Assembly (NCBI GenBank): GCA_051891035.1
Contig: JBJFET010000139.1
Location: 4,678-68,677 of the forward strand
Source of the DNA: Succinivibrio sp.
GTDB taxonomy: Bacteria; Pseudomonadota; Gammaproteobacteria; Enterobacterales; Succinivibrionaceae
DNA: 64,000 nucleotides
Reading direction: 5' to 3'
Shown here: positions 1-8,424 of the stretch, piece after piece
Layout: each line of letters opens with the position of its first letter
Position numbering within the stretch: position 1 is the first letter of the stretch
Position numbers and translations under genes: made by a program
The notes under the pieces: generated by a model
The model's input: only the letters and a program-made list of their open reading frames with translations
Databases searched by the model: none
What the model was told of the DNA's origin: nothing

Positions 1-849
1 TTTCTGTCAAGAATCTCTTCACAGCTTCTGCCAAAAGATGTAATTGGTCCTGACGGCTTTACAAAAATCGAGGATTACTTTACTCAAGGCAAGGCTGCTG
101 CCGTAATTACAGGTCCATGGGAGCTTGAACTTATTGCCAAATCCGGAGTCAACTTTGGTGTGGCTCCACTGCCAAAACTGCCAAACGGCAACAGTATGTG
201 TCCATTTCTGGGCTTTAGAGGATATGCCATTACAAAGGACTGCAAGCAGAAGGCTCTTGCAGAGAAACTGTTAAAGTATATCAACAAGACTTCACATGCT
301 CTTGAAAGATATGGAGTGATCCTCGAGCTGCCTCCTCTGCATGAGGTATTGGATCAGCCTATTATCCGCAACGATGATTTTGCCAATGCAATTGCAGTTC
401 AGGCAATGACCTCAGAGCCTACTCCTTCAGTTCCAGAAATGGCAAAAGTCTGGGATCCTGCAAACAAGGCTCTCTTTGATGTTCTAAGTGGAAAGGTCTC
501 AGCAAAGAATGCAATGGTCAGGGCTAAAAATGAAATTGACCGCTCAATTGGCAATCCTGTAAAAGCAGCTAAAGTCAAAGATGAAGTGGCTCCACCAAAA
601 GAAAATGAAGAGACTTCTGCTAAAGAGCCAGAAGTTTTGGCAGCTCCTGTCAATGAGACTGTCAGTGAGGAGGAACAGCCAAAGGAGACTGAAGCTGATT
701 CTGTGCAGGAGGACGCTCTGTCAAATGAAGGCGTTGAGGAAGAGGCTTTTGTGATAGAAGTAAACAATGCTCCTTCAGAGGAGAGTCAGGCTCCTAAAAC
801 TGAGCCTGTTCAGGAGTCTCTGTCACTTGACAGCCTAGATTTTGGTTAA
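1..849 (+). CDS. Sugar ABC transporter periplasmic binding protein (MalE/GanO-like), 5'-truncated by the window edge; long acidic C-terminal tail
   Basis: Frame is open from base 1: YFTQGKAAAVITGPW..SGVNFGVAPLPKL, PFLGFRGYAI and PTPSVPEMAKVWDP match maltose/maltodextrin-binding protein motifs. The last ~95 aa are E/A/P-rich low complexity. Confidence 0.8.
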   Translation, partial: FLSRISSQLLPKDVIGPDGFTKIEDYFTQGKAAAVITGPWELELIAKSGVNFGVAPLPKLPNGNSMCPFLGFRGYAITKDCKQKALAEKLLKYINKTSHALERYGVILELPPLHEVLDQPIIRNDDFANAIAVQAMTSEPTPSVPEMAKVWDPANKALFDVLSGKVSAKNAMVRAKNEIDRSIGNPVKAAKVKDEVAPPKENEETSAKEPEVLAAPVNETVSEEEQPKETEADSVQEDALSNEGVEEEAFVIEVNNAPSEESQAPKTEPVQESLSLDSLDFG

Positions 850-878
850 ACAGAAGAAATTGTTAGGTTAGACAATAT

Positions 879-913
879 TCCTGCAGGTAGTCCATATCTG
901 CAGGATTTTTTTT
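879..913 (+). terminator. Rho-independent terminator after the sugar-binding gene
   Basis: tcctgcag...ctgcagga stem followed by T8. Confidence 0.75.
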
Positions 914-1048
914 GATTTAACCAAAATACTGCTGAATATTTTACAAAAGTGTGCGTAAATAGTGCCATAAGGGTATAAATCTCATCTAACTGTAGGATAT
1001 TTGGCTTATTCTTAATAATTATACAAAATCTATTTTTTGAAAAAAAAT

Positions 1049-1064
1049 TGTGCAATACTGCACA
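1049..1064. promoter_or_regulatory. Palindromic candidate operator (CRP-like geometry) upstream of the T6SS operon
   Basis: TGTGC-N6-GCACA in an AT-rich intergenic region 150 bp before tssA. Confidence 0.35.
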
Positions 1065-1214
1065 TACTTTATCAAATATTACGGATTTATCACATTTTTC
1101 TACGTTTTTTAAGTGAATTTTGTTAATTATTTACTAATATATACTGAGACTGAATAAGTAAGAAAGAACCTTTGTTGCATCATACTCAGGTTCATAGAAA
1201 AATAAGGTGCTTTT

Positions 1215-2336
1215 GTGGAAAGAATTACAGATAGTGATTTTGCAGTAGTACTCTCTCCATTAAACGGAGATAATCCTGCTGGCGAAAACTGTGAATACGA
1301 TGAGTTATATCTGGCTTTAGACTCCTATGCACTAGGAACCCCTGAAGATGAGATGGGAGATAGTGTAATTGAAGGTAAGGAGCCTGATTACCGAGCACTG
1401 TATAAAACATGCCTGACCCTGTGGGAAAAGACCAGGGATTTACGAGTAGCATGTTTCTTTACCCTGTCATCAGTATGCCTGTTCGGTCTGAAAGGGCTTA
1501 AGGATGGTCTTAGAATTGTTGATTCACTTGTAAAAGAGCAGTTTGACAGTTTTTATCCTCAGCCTGATCCAGATGATGATAATGATCCTACTGAGAGAAT
1601 TAATATTCTATCAATGCTCTCTCCTGTTGAAGGAGCCTATTCAGACCCATACAAGTTTCTGTCCCATGTAAGAGAATTCAGACTTGTAAAGGAGCTTGAC
1701 TATACACTAAGAGATTATCTTGTAGCCTCAGGTTATCTTGAGTCAGAAGATTCATATGATCTTTCTTCCCTCAATGCTCAGCTGTGCTCAGTACCAGCTT
1801 CTTCAGTAAAGGAACAGTTGGGTGTATTAGATGAGGTGATTACTCTTGCTAACAGTATCTGTGATACTTTTAATGAGAAGATAGGCAACGCAGGATATTT
1901 ATCATTAGATTCACTAAAGCATGAACTTCAGGTTATGAGGAACATGTATGCAAATGTGCTGAAAAACTCTGTGTCAGATGTACAGTCAGATGAAAGTAGT
2001 GCATCAGTCAGCTCTTTAGCACCTAATTCTTCTGTCGTTGGATCTGTTGCAGTCAGTGGTGCAACCCCTCCTTCAGGTTCGGTTAGTATGGCAAAGCCTG
2101 TATTAAACATAGATGACTACGTACCAAAGAACCGTAATGAGGCCATCATGCTGTTAAAGAAGAGTGCTGAGTACTTTACAAGTGCAGAGCCTACAAGTCC
2201 GGTTCCATTTCTGATAAACAGAGCAGTTCGAATGGCCAATATGAACTTTATGGATCTGCTTGCAGAGATTGATCAGAACGCAGTTGACAGAGGTCGAGAG
2301 CAGCTTGGTGTAAAAGTTGAGAATAATGACAGTTAA
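1215..2336 (+). CDS. tssA: T6SS TssA (short, ImpA_N type)
   Basis: N-terminal LSPLNGDNPAGENCEYD..TRDLRV (ImpA_N); C-terminal AEYFTSAEPTSPVPFLINRAVR typical of short TssA; GTG start with aaggtg RBS. Confidence 0.92.
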   Translation: MERITDSDFAVVLSPLNGDNPAGENCEYDELYLALDSYALGTPEDEMGDSVIEGKEPDYRALYKTCLTLWEKTRDLRVACFFTLSSVCLFGLKGLKDGLRIVDSLVKEQFDSFYPQPDPDDDNDPTERINILSMLSPVEGAYSDPYKFLSHVREFRLVKELDYTLRDYLVASGYLESEDSYDLSSLNAQLCSVPASSVKEQLGVLDEVITLANSICDTFNEKIGNAGYLSLDSLKHELQVMRNMYANVLKNSVSDVQSDESSASVSSLAPNSSVVGSVAVSGATPPSGSVSMAKPVLNIDDYVPKNRNEAIMLLKKSAEYFTSAEPTSPVPFLINRAVRMANMNFMDLLAEIDQNAVDRGREQLGVKVENNDS

Positions 2337-2398
2337 CTGAGTTATCTGAATTAAAGACAGAATGAAAGAATTTTATTTGTATCAAGGAGTATAACTTT

Positions 2399-2938
2399 AT
2401 GGCAAATGTAAAAAGCGGTCAGAAGTTTATCGGAAAAAATAGAGCCCCTAGAGTTCAGGTTGAGTACGATGTAGAACTTTATGGTGCTGAAAAAAAGGTG
2501 AACCTGCCGTTTGTAATGGGTGTAATGGCTGATCTGTCAGGAAAGAGTGAAGTAGATAAGGATCAGAGGGTAGAGGATAAGAAGTTTCTTGAGATCGATA
2601 CAGACAATTTCGATGACAGAATGAAGAGCATCAAGCCAAGAGTTGCTTTTAATGTTCCAAACGTTATGACAGGTGAGGGTAATCTTGCAGTAGACGTTTC
2701 ATTTGAAAGCATGGATGATTTCTCTCCTGACAAGGTTGCAGAAAAGGTAGATGGTGTAAAAGAGCTTTTAGAGGCAAGAAAGCAGCTGTCAAATCTTTTG
2801 AGCTACATGGATGGCAAAACCGGAGCAGAGGAGCTTATCACCAAGCTTTTAGAGGATGAGAATCTGCTTAAGGCATTAGCTTCAAAGGCAAAAGTTCAGG
2901 ACGAAGGTGCAGCACAGGATAACAAGGCAGAGGAGTAA
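2399..2938 (+). CDS. tssB: T6SS sheath small subunit TssB
   Basis: QKFIGKNRAPRVQVEYDVE, LPFVMGVMADLSG, FESMDDFSPD. Confidence 0.98.
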   Translation: MANVKSGQKFIGKNRAPRVQVEYDVELYGAEKKVNLPFVMGVMADLSGKSEVDKDQRVEDKKFLEIDTDNFDDRMKSIKPRVAFNVPNVMTGEGNLAVDVSFESMDDFSPDKVAEKVDGVKELLEARKQLSNLLSYMDGKTGAEELITKLLEDENLLKALASKAKVQDEGAAQDNKAEE

Positions 2939-2944
2939 TAAAAT

Positions 2945-4432
2945 ATGTCTGATAATGTACAGTTAGAAAACCAGAATGCAGCCTCTACCATGGAAGTGTC
3001 TGATTTTGAGCAGCTTTTAAACAAAGAATTCAAGCCAAAATCAGAAGAAGCTGATTCTGCTGTTAAAGGTGCGGTAAAAACCCTTGTACAGCAAGCACTG
3101 CAGAATGCCAGTCTGATTTCTGATAATTCAATCAAGACCATTGAGGGCATGATTGCTGAGCTTGACAAAAAACTGTCTGCTCAGGTAAACGCCATTATTC
3201 ATAATCCAGATTTTGAGAACATGGAGAGTGCCTGGAGAGGTCTGTCCTATCTTGTAAACAACACTCAGACAAGTGAAACCCTTAAGATCAGAGTGCTTAA
3301 CATCAGCAAGAAGGACCTTCAGAAAACCATCAAGAAGTACAAGGGTACAGCATGGGATCAGAGCCCTCTGTTCAAGCGCATGTACGAGGACGAGTACGGC
3401 ACAGCAGGCGGTGAGCCTTATGGCGCACTCATCGGTGATTACTACTTCAATCACTCAGCTCAGGATATTGAGCTTATGAAGGGTATTGCTCAGATTGCAT
3501 CTGCAGCTCATGCTCCATTTATCAGTTCAGCTGATCCTACAATCATGAATCTTGATTCATGGCAGGATCTGTCAAATCCAAGAGATCTGACAAAGATTTT
3601 CTCAACTCCAGAGTATGCTGCATGGAGATCATTTAGAGAATCTGATGACAGCCGTTATGTGGCACTAACTCTGCCAAGAGTATTAAGCCGTGTTCCTTAC
3701 GGTCCTGATACCAACGCAGTTGAAGGCTTCAACTTTGTTGAGGATACAGGAGCTGGCAATTCAGAGAAATACAACTGGATGAATGCAGCCTATGCAATGG
3801 GTGTAAACATCAACCGTTCCTTTGCTGATTACGGCTGGTGTGCAAGGATCAGAGGTGTTGAGTCAGGTGGTATTGTTGAGTCTCTTCCTACTCATACCTT
3901 CCCTACAGATGATGGTGGCGTTGCAATGAAGTGCCCAACTGAGATTGCAATTACCGACAGACGCGAGGCAGAACTGTCAAAGAACGGCTTCCTCCCTCTG
4001 TGCTACTGGAAGAATACAGACTATGCTGTATTCCTAGGCGGACAGACCGTAAACAAGGCAAAAGAGTATGATAACCCTGATGCAACTGCAAATGCAGCTC
4101 TGTCAGCAAGACTTCCATACATTTTTGCAACCTGTCGCTTTGCACACTATCTAAAGTGTATTGTGCGTGACAAGGTTGGCTCATTCAAGGAAAGAGCAGA
4201 TATGGAAAGATGGCTGTCTGACTGGATCAGCAACTATGTGACATCAGATCCTAATGCATCTGAAGAGGTAAAGGCAAAATACCCACTCTCAGAGGCAAAG
4301 GTAACAGTTGAGGATATTGAAGGTCAGCCTGGATATTACAGTGCAAAATTCTATTTAAGACCTCACTATCAGTTAGAGGGTCTTACCACATCATTAAGAT
4401 TAACAACTAAGGTTCCATCTGGAGCTAAGTAA
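2945..4432 (+). CDS. tssC: T6SS sheath large subunit TssC
   Basis: MESAWRGLSYLV, GGEPYGALIGDY, CPTEIAITDRREAELSKNGF, LRPHYQLEGL. Confidence 0.98.
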   Translation: MSDNVQLENQNAASTMEVSDFEQLLNKEFKPKSEEADSAVKGAVKTLVQQALQNASLISDNSIKTIEGMIAELDKKLSAQVNAIIHNPDFENMESAWRGLSYLVNNTQTSETLKIRVLNISKKDLQKTIKKYKGTAWDQSPLFKRMYEDEYGTAGGEPYGALIGDYYFNHSAQDIELMKGIAQIASAAHAPFISSADPTIMNLDSWQDLSNPRDLTKIFSTPEYAAWRSFRESDDSRYVALTLPRVLSRVPYGPDTNAVEGFNFVEDTGAGNSEKYNWMNAAYAMGVNINRSFADYGWCARIRGVESGGIVESLPTHTFPTDDGGVAMKCPTEIAITDRREAELSKNGFLPLCYWKNTDYAVFLGGQTVNKAKEYDNPDATANAALSARLPYIFATCRFAHYLKCIVRDKVGSFKERADMERWLSDWISNYVTSDPNASEEVKAKYPLSEAKVTVEDIEGQPGYYSAKFYLRPHYQLEGLTTSLRLTTKVPSGAK

Positions 4433-4474
4433 AAGAAACGGTAGGTATTACTTAATACAAAAGGAGTTGATATT

Positions 4475-4978
4475 ATGGCTAGCGATTTTTTTGTTAAAGT
4501 TGATGGCATTGATGGCGAGTCAAATGATAATTCCCACAAGAAGTGGATTGAAGTTATCAAATTCTCACACGGCTCAATTCAGCAGATAGCTGCAGGTCGT
4601 TCAACAGATGTATCAGGTCGTGGTCACTTTGAACCATTTACATTTGTTCATCTTGTTGACAAAGCAACACCAAAACTTCAGCAGTTCTGTATGTCAGGTC
4701 AGAAGATTGCGAAGGTTGAGTTTGTTGTATGCCGTGCAGTAGCTGGTGCTCAAGTTCCTGTATATGAGGTAACTCTTGAGAATGTAAAGATTGCCTCAGC
4801 AAAAGTAAGCACTCTTCTTGCTGATGAGTCACAGAGCTTCCGTGAAAGAGTAGAGCTGCCTGTTGAAGAGATTTCTTTAATTGCTGGCAAAGCTACCTGG
4901 AAGGCAACAGCTATCAAGCCTGACAATACCAAGGACGGTGCTGTTGAGGCAAGCTACAATCAGGTTGAGAACGGCTAG
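4475..4978 (+). CDS. hcp: T6SS tube protein Hcp (TssD)
   Basis: FVKVDGIDGESNDNSHKKWIEV..S.G, VDKATPKL, PVEEISL; follows tssBC. Confidence 0.96.
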   Translation: MASDFFVKVDGIDGESNDNSHKKWIEVIKFSHGSIQQIAAGRSTDVSGRGHFEPFTFVHLVDKATPKLQQFCMSGQKIAKVEFVVCRAVAGAQVPVYEVTLENVKIASAKVSTLLADESQSFRERVELPVEEISLIAGKATWKATAIKPDNTKDGAVEASYNQVENG

Positions 4979-5000
4979 TTTAAAAACTGGCATCATATAC

Positions 5001-5033
5001 GGACGGCTCTTGAGCCGTCCTGTGTGATTTTTT
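5001..5033 (+). terminator. Intra-operon hairpin/terminator after hcp
   Basis: ggacggctc-tt-gagccgtcc perfect inverted repeat, followed by tgtgtgatttttt. Confidence 0.7.
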
Positions 5034-5045
5034 CAGGGTGAACAG

Positions 5046-5549
5046 ATGGCGGTATCATATAAAGACAAATATGTCCCATGTGTTCTGTCAAGACTGGCAG
5101 ATGATGAACCGCAGTCCAGAATTGACAGGACCGACAGATTTGTGCCCCTTGAAAAAATCAGACAGGAAATAATTGATAACATAAGTCAGATCCTAAATTC
5201 CAGATCACGTCCAGAGGCTCGTGATCTGAATAATAATGAGCAGATTGTAAGGTCAGTATTAGGCTTTGGAGTATCTGATTTCTGCGGTATCTCAAATTCA
5301 CTGCCTGAACTTGAAAAAATACGTCATGAAATAATGTTGCAGCTTCAGACCTTTGAACCTAGGCTAAAGCCCGAGAGCATCAGTATCACAATCTTGAATT
5401 CAGAGCTTCCAAGATCTACCTCAACTTTCTCATTGCAGATCAGTGCGCAGTATGCGGTAAAAGCTCTGACTGGTGAGTTTCTGTGCATATCAAGCCTTGA
5501 TCTTGAAACCGGAAGCGCAACAGTGAAACTTGATAAGGGTCGCGGATGA
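5046..5549 (+). CDS. tssE: T6SS baseplate TssE (gp25-like)
   Basis: PCVLSRLADDEP, ILNSR, SVLGFGVSD, FEPRL. Confidence 0.92.
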   Translation: MAVSYKDKYVPCVLSRLADDEPQSRIDRTDRFVPLEKIRQEIIDNISQILNSRSRPEARDLNNNEQIVRSVLGFGVSDFCGISNSLPELEKIRHEIMLQLQTFEPRLKPESISITILNSELPRSTSTFSLQISAQYAVKALTGEFLCISSLDLETGSATVKLDKGRG

Positions 5550-7366
5550 GTAAGGATTTTTTGGATTATTACAGCGATAATCTTTCTTTTATAAGAAAAT
5601 TAGGAGCGGAATTTGCAAAAGAGTATCCAAAAATAGCATCAAGGCTTGATATAAATTCCCTTGAGTGCCAAGATCCTTTTATCGAAAGACTTTTAGAAGG
5701 CACAGCATTTTTATCTGCCAGAGTAGAAAAAAAGCTGGATGATGGCAATGACAGATTTCTAGAGTCAATCATTCTGTCATTAGCTCCGGATGTACTCTCT
5801 CCTATTCCTTCAGTATGTATACTCAAAGGATCAGATACACAGATAACTGATTCGTCATACATTCTTCCCCGCGGAAGTGAGTTCTTCAAAGATTCGCCTG
5901 TTTTTGAGACTGTAGTGCGCTTTGAGACAGTGTTCAATACCACACTCTCTCCATTAAAGATTTCAAAAATCGCTCTTACAGGACATGATTCCCGACTCTC
6001 TGAACTTGCTCTCAACGGTGCTACCACATCATTAGAGATTGATTTTTCAGGTTTTAGTGATGCAGTCAGCCAGAAGCTTGACTACATTGATCTGTTTCTG
6101 AACCTAAATGATCAGGATGCCTCACTTTTAAGCGAGATACTTTTTTCCAAGCTTGAGAGGATTTTAGTTAAAAATCAGGATGGCAGTTATCAGAGCGTTG
6201 ATGATCTAAGTTTTGAGTATTCAATGATTGACGAGCGCGATGAAATTACACTGTTTTCAGAGAAGACTCTTAGCGGCACCTCGCTGATGACAGCTTTTTC
6301 AGCCTATCCTGATCTGTTCAAGTTCGTAAGATTAAAGGGCCTTAACAGACTGCATAGTATTGTCCGAAATCAGAATGTCGAGCTTCTGTTTGTCTTTAAA
6401 AAGAATACAAGTGTTTCTCTTGAGAGCAAGGTTTTTGTAGACTCTGTGCTATTAAACTGTATTCCTCTTATAAATCTTTTTTCAAGACGATCTGACAGAG
6501 TAAGCATGTCTGACTGCTATGAGGTCAATGTCAGCGCACAGGCAACCTCACCTTTGAACTATGAGATAAGTTCAATAAGTGAGTTGCAGTTTTTCAATTC
6601 ATACAATCAGTATCTGTTCTCAGCTTATCCGTTCTTTACAACAGGTGGAGTTACAGAAAACATAAAAGGCGAGTACCGCAACTTTTTCTCGCTCAACCGA
6701 AGGCTAAGACAGACTGGACTTAACGGTAATCCCCGCTCTGGCTACAACAAGACAGAATGTTTTGTGAGTGTGTCTGGTCAGGATTATACAGAGCATATGG
6801 ATGAGCAGCTTCAGTTCAGTGCTGTGTGTCGCTGCACAAACGCTGATCTGCCTCTATTTATAACCGCAAAGGATACATTCTCATCAAAGGATATTGAGCT
6901 TTTAAAAAGACTCAAGCTGCTATCAAATCCAACAGGTCCTAAGAGATCTATGATCACCATGAAAGGCAGTGATGAGATAAAAAAGATTTCGTATATACTG
7001 CAGAATTTTGCATCAATGCTCAAGGGCGGAAATATTGTCTGTCTTGAGAATCTAAGACAGGTTGTCTCTCTGTTCAATACCAGAAAGGAAAGTGAGGTTT
7101 CCAATCTTGTGTCATCTCTAAAGAGTGTAGATATCAGCCCAAAGGTATTCCGTTTCATCTCAAAGGGCTGTGTCTATTTTGAGAACGGCTACACTGTAAG
7201 GGTAACCTTTTCACAGAAAGAACTTGAAGGTGTCGGCTTCTTTGTCTTCTCAAAGATCATAGCAACGGTACTGCAGACATATACACCTGTAAATATTCCA
7301 TTGAATATCGATCTGGCCTTAGATGATCAGGGAGTAGTCTACTCATGCAAGATCTTAAACGACTGA
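5546..7366 (+). CDS. tssF: T6SS baseplate TssF
   Basis: FLDYYSDNLSFIRKLGAEFAKEYPKIASRL, DPFIERLLEGTAFLSAR, LNCIPLINLF, CTNADLP; ATGA overlap with tssE. Confidence 0.95.
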   Translation: MSKDFLDYYSDNLSFIRKLGAEFAKEYPKIASRLDINSLECQDPFIERLLEGTAFLSARVEKKLDDGNDRFLESIILSLAPDVLSPIPSVCILKGSDTQITDSSYILPRGSEFFKDSPVFETVVRFETVFNTTLSPLKISKIALTGHDSRLSELALNGATTSLEIDFSGFSDAVSQKLDYIDLFLNLNDQDASLLSEILFSKLERILVKNQDGSYQSVDDLSFEYSMIDERDEITLFSEKTLSGTSLMTAFSAYPDLFKFVRLKGLNRLHSIVRNQNVELLFVFKKNTSVSLESKVFVDSVLLNCIPLINLFSRRSDRVSMSDCYEVNVSAQATSPLNYEISSISELQFFNSYNQYLFSAYPFFTTGGVTENIKGEYRNFFSLNRRLRQTGLNGNPRSGYNKTECFVSVSGQDYTEHMDEQLQFSAVCRCTNADLPLFITAKDTFSSKDIELLKRLKLLSNPTGPKRSMITMKGSDEIKKISYILQNFASMLKGGNIVCLENLRQVVSLFNTRKESEVSNLVSSLKSVDISPKVFRFISKGCVYFENGYTVRVTFSQKELEGVGFFVFSKIIATVLQTYTPVNIPLNIDLALDDQGVVYSCKILND

Positions 7367-8352
7367 TAGCCAGATATTCATCAAGACTCAAAAGAGGCGC
7401 AGGTGAGCCGGATTTCTTTTACCTTCTGCGACTTATTGAGAATTCACGACCTAATCTTCCGAAAATAGGTAATGCAAAGGGACCTGAGGGCGAGGCTGTA
7501 AGATTAGGTCAGCTTCCATATCTGAGGTTTCCTGAAACCAGCATAGCGAGCATAGAAGAGAATCATCTGCACGCAAGTGAAGAACTCGCTGTTTTGGTAT
7601 ATTTTTTCGGTCTTTTAGGGGTAAACGGGCCGATGCCTCTTGAGACTACAAGTTATGTTTGCAAGAGAACATATCATGACTATGACTCGGCAACCAGACG
7701 TTTTCTGGATATTATCAATCATCGTATGCTGACATTGTTCTACAGAGCATTTTCAAACAAGGAACTTGCGGTGTCTTTTGACAGAAAGGACAGTCAGTTT
7801 GAAAGGATACTCATGGCCCTTACATGCAGTACTCCACGCAAAAACAGTTCTCTGCCTCATTTTGCCATCAAATCGATGGAAACGTTTCTGTCCCTACGAA
7901 ACAGAAGTGCCGATGGTCTTCGACGTATGCTGCATCTGTTTTTTGGTCATGGCATAAGTCTGAACACATTTGTAGAGGATACAGAGGTAATACCAAAGGA
8001 ATACAGACTAAGACTCGGTTCAAAAGATAACTGTACACTTGGTGTGAATTCCCAGCTTGGCTCACATTATTTATCGAGGACCAAAAAGTTTGCAATAACA
8101 GTAGGTCCTATGAGTTTTGACAGAAGTCTTGATTTTATGCCAGGTCACAGGCTGATTGAGCAACTTCACGAAATAGTGCAGCTGTATCTTGAAAGACAGC
8201 TTGGATTTGATCTGTACCTAAAAATTGAAGTTCCTAGCATAAAAAAACCAAAACTCAATGGAAAGTTTGCTTTAGGTCAGAGCTGTCACTTAATATCTGA
8301 TCATACATACAGACAGATTACAACCATAAAGATTGATATTTCATCATACTAA
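7345..8352 (+). CDS. tssG: T6SS baseplate TssG
   Basis: FFYLLRLIE, FFGLLGVNGPMPL, FLDIINHRMLTLFYRA. Confidence 0.94.
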   Translation: MQDLKRLIARYSSRLKRGAGEPDFFYLLRLIENSRPNLPKIGNAKGPEGEAVRLGQLPYLRFPETSIASIEENHLHASEELAVLVYFFGLLGVNGPMPLETTSYVCKRTYHDYDSATRRFLDIINHRMLTLFYRAFSNKELAVSFDRKDSQFERILMALTCSTPRKNSSLPHFAIKSMETFLSLRNRSADGLRRMLHLFFGHGISLNTFVEDTEVIPKEYRLRLGSKDNCTLGVNSQLGSHYLSRTKKFAITVGPMSFDRSLDFMPGHRLIEQLHEIVQLYLERQLGFDLYLKIEVPSIKKPKLNGKFALGQSCHLISDHTYRQITTIKIDISSY

Positions 8353-8424
8353 GATGAGCATCTTTAAGGAGCATCTGAAAAAAAGGATTTTAAACGACCG
8401 GTAGAATAAAGGTAAGGAGCATAG

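Noticed and set aside
850-1214. Sigma54 promoter for the T6SS
   Set aside because: No convincing TGGCAC-N5-TTGC element and no enhancer-binding protein gene in the cluster.
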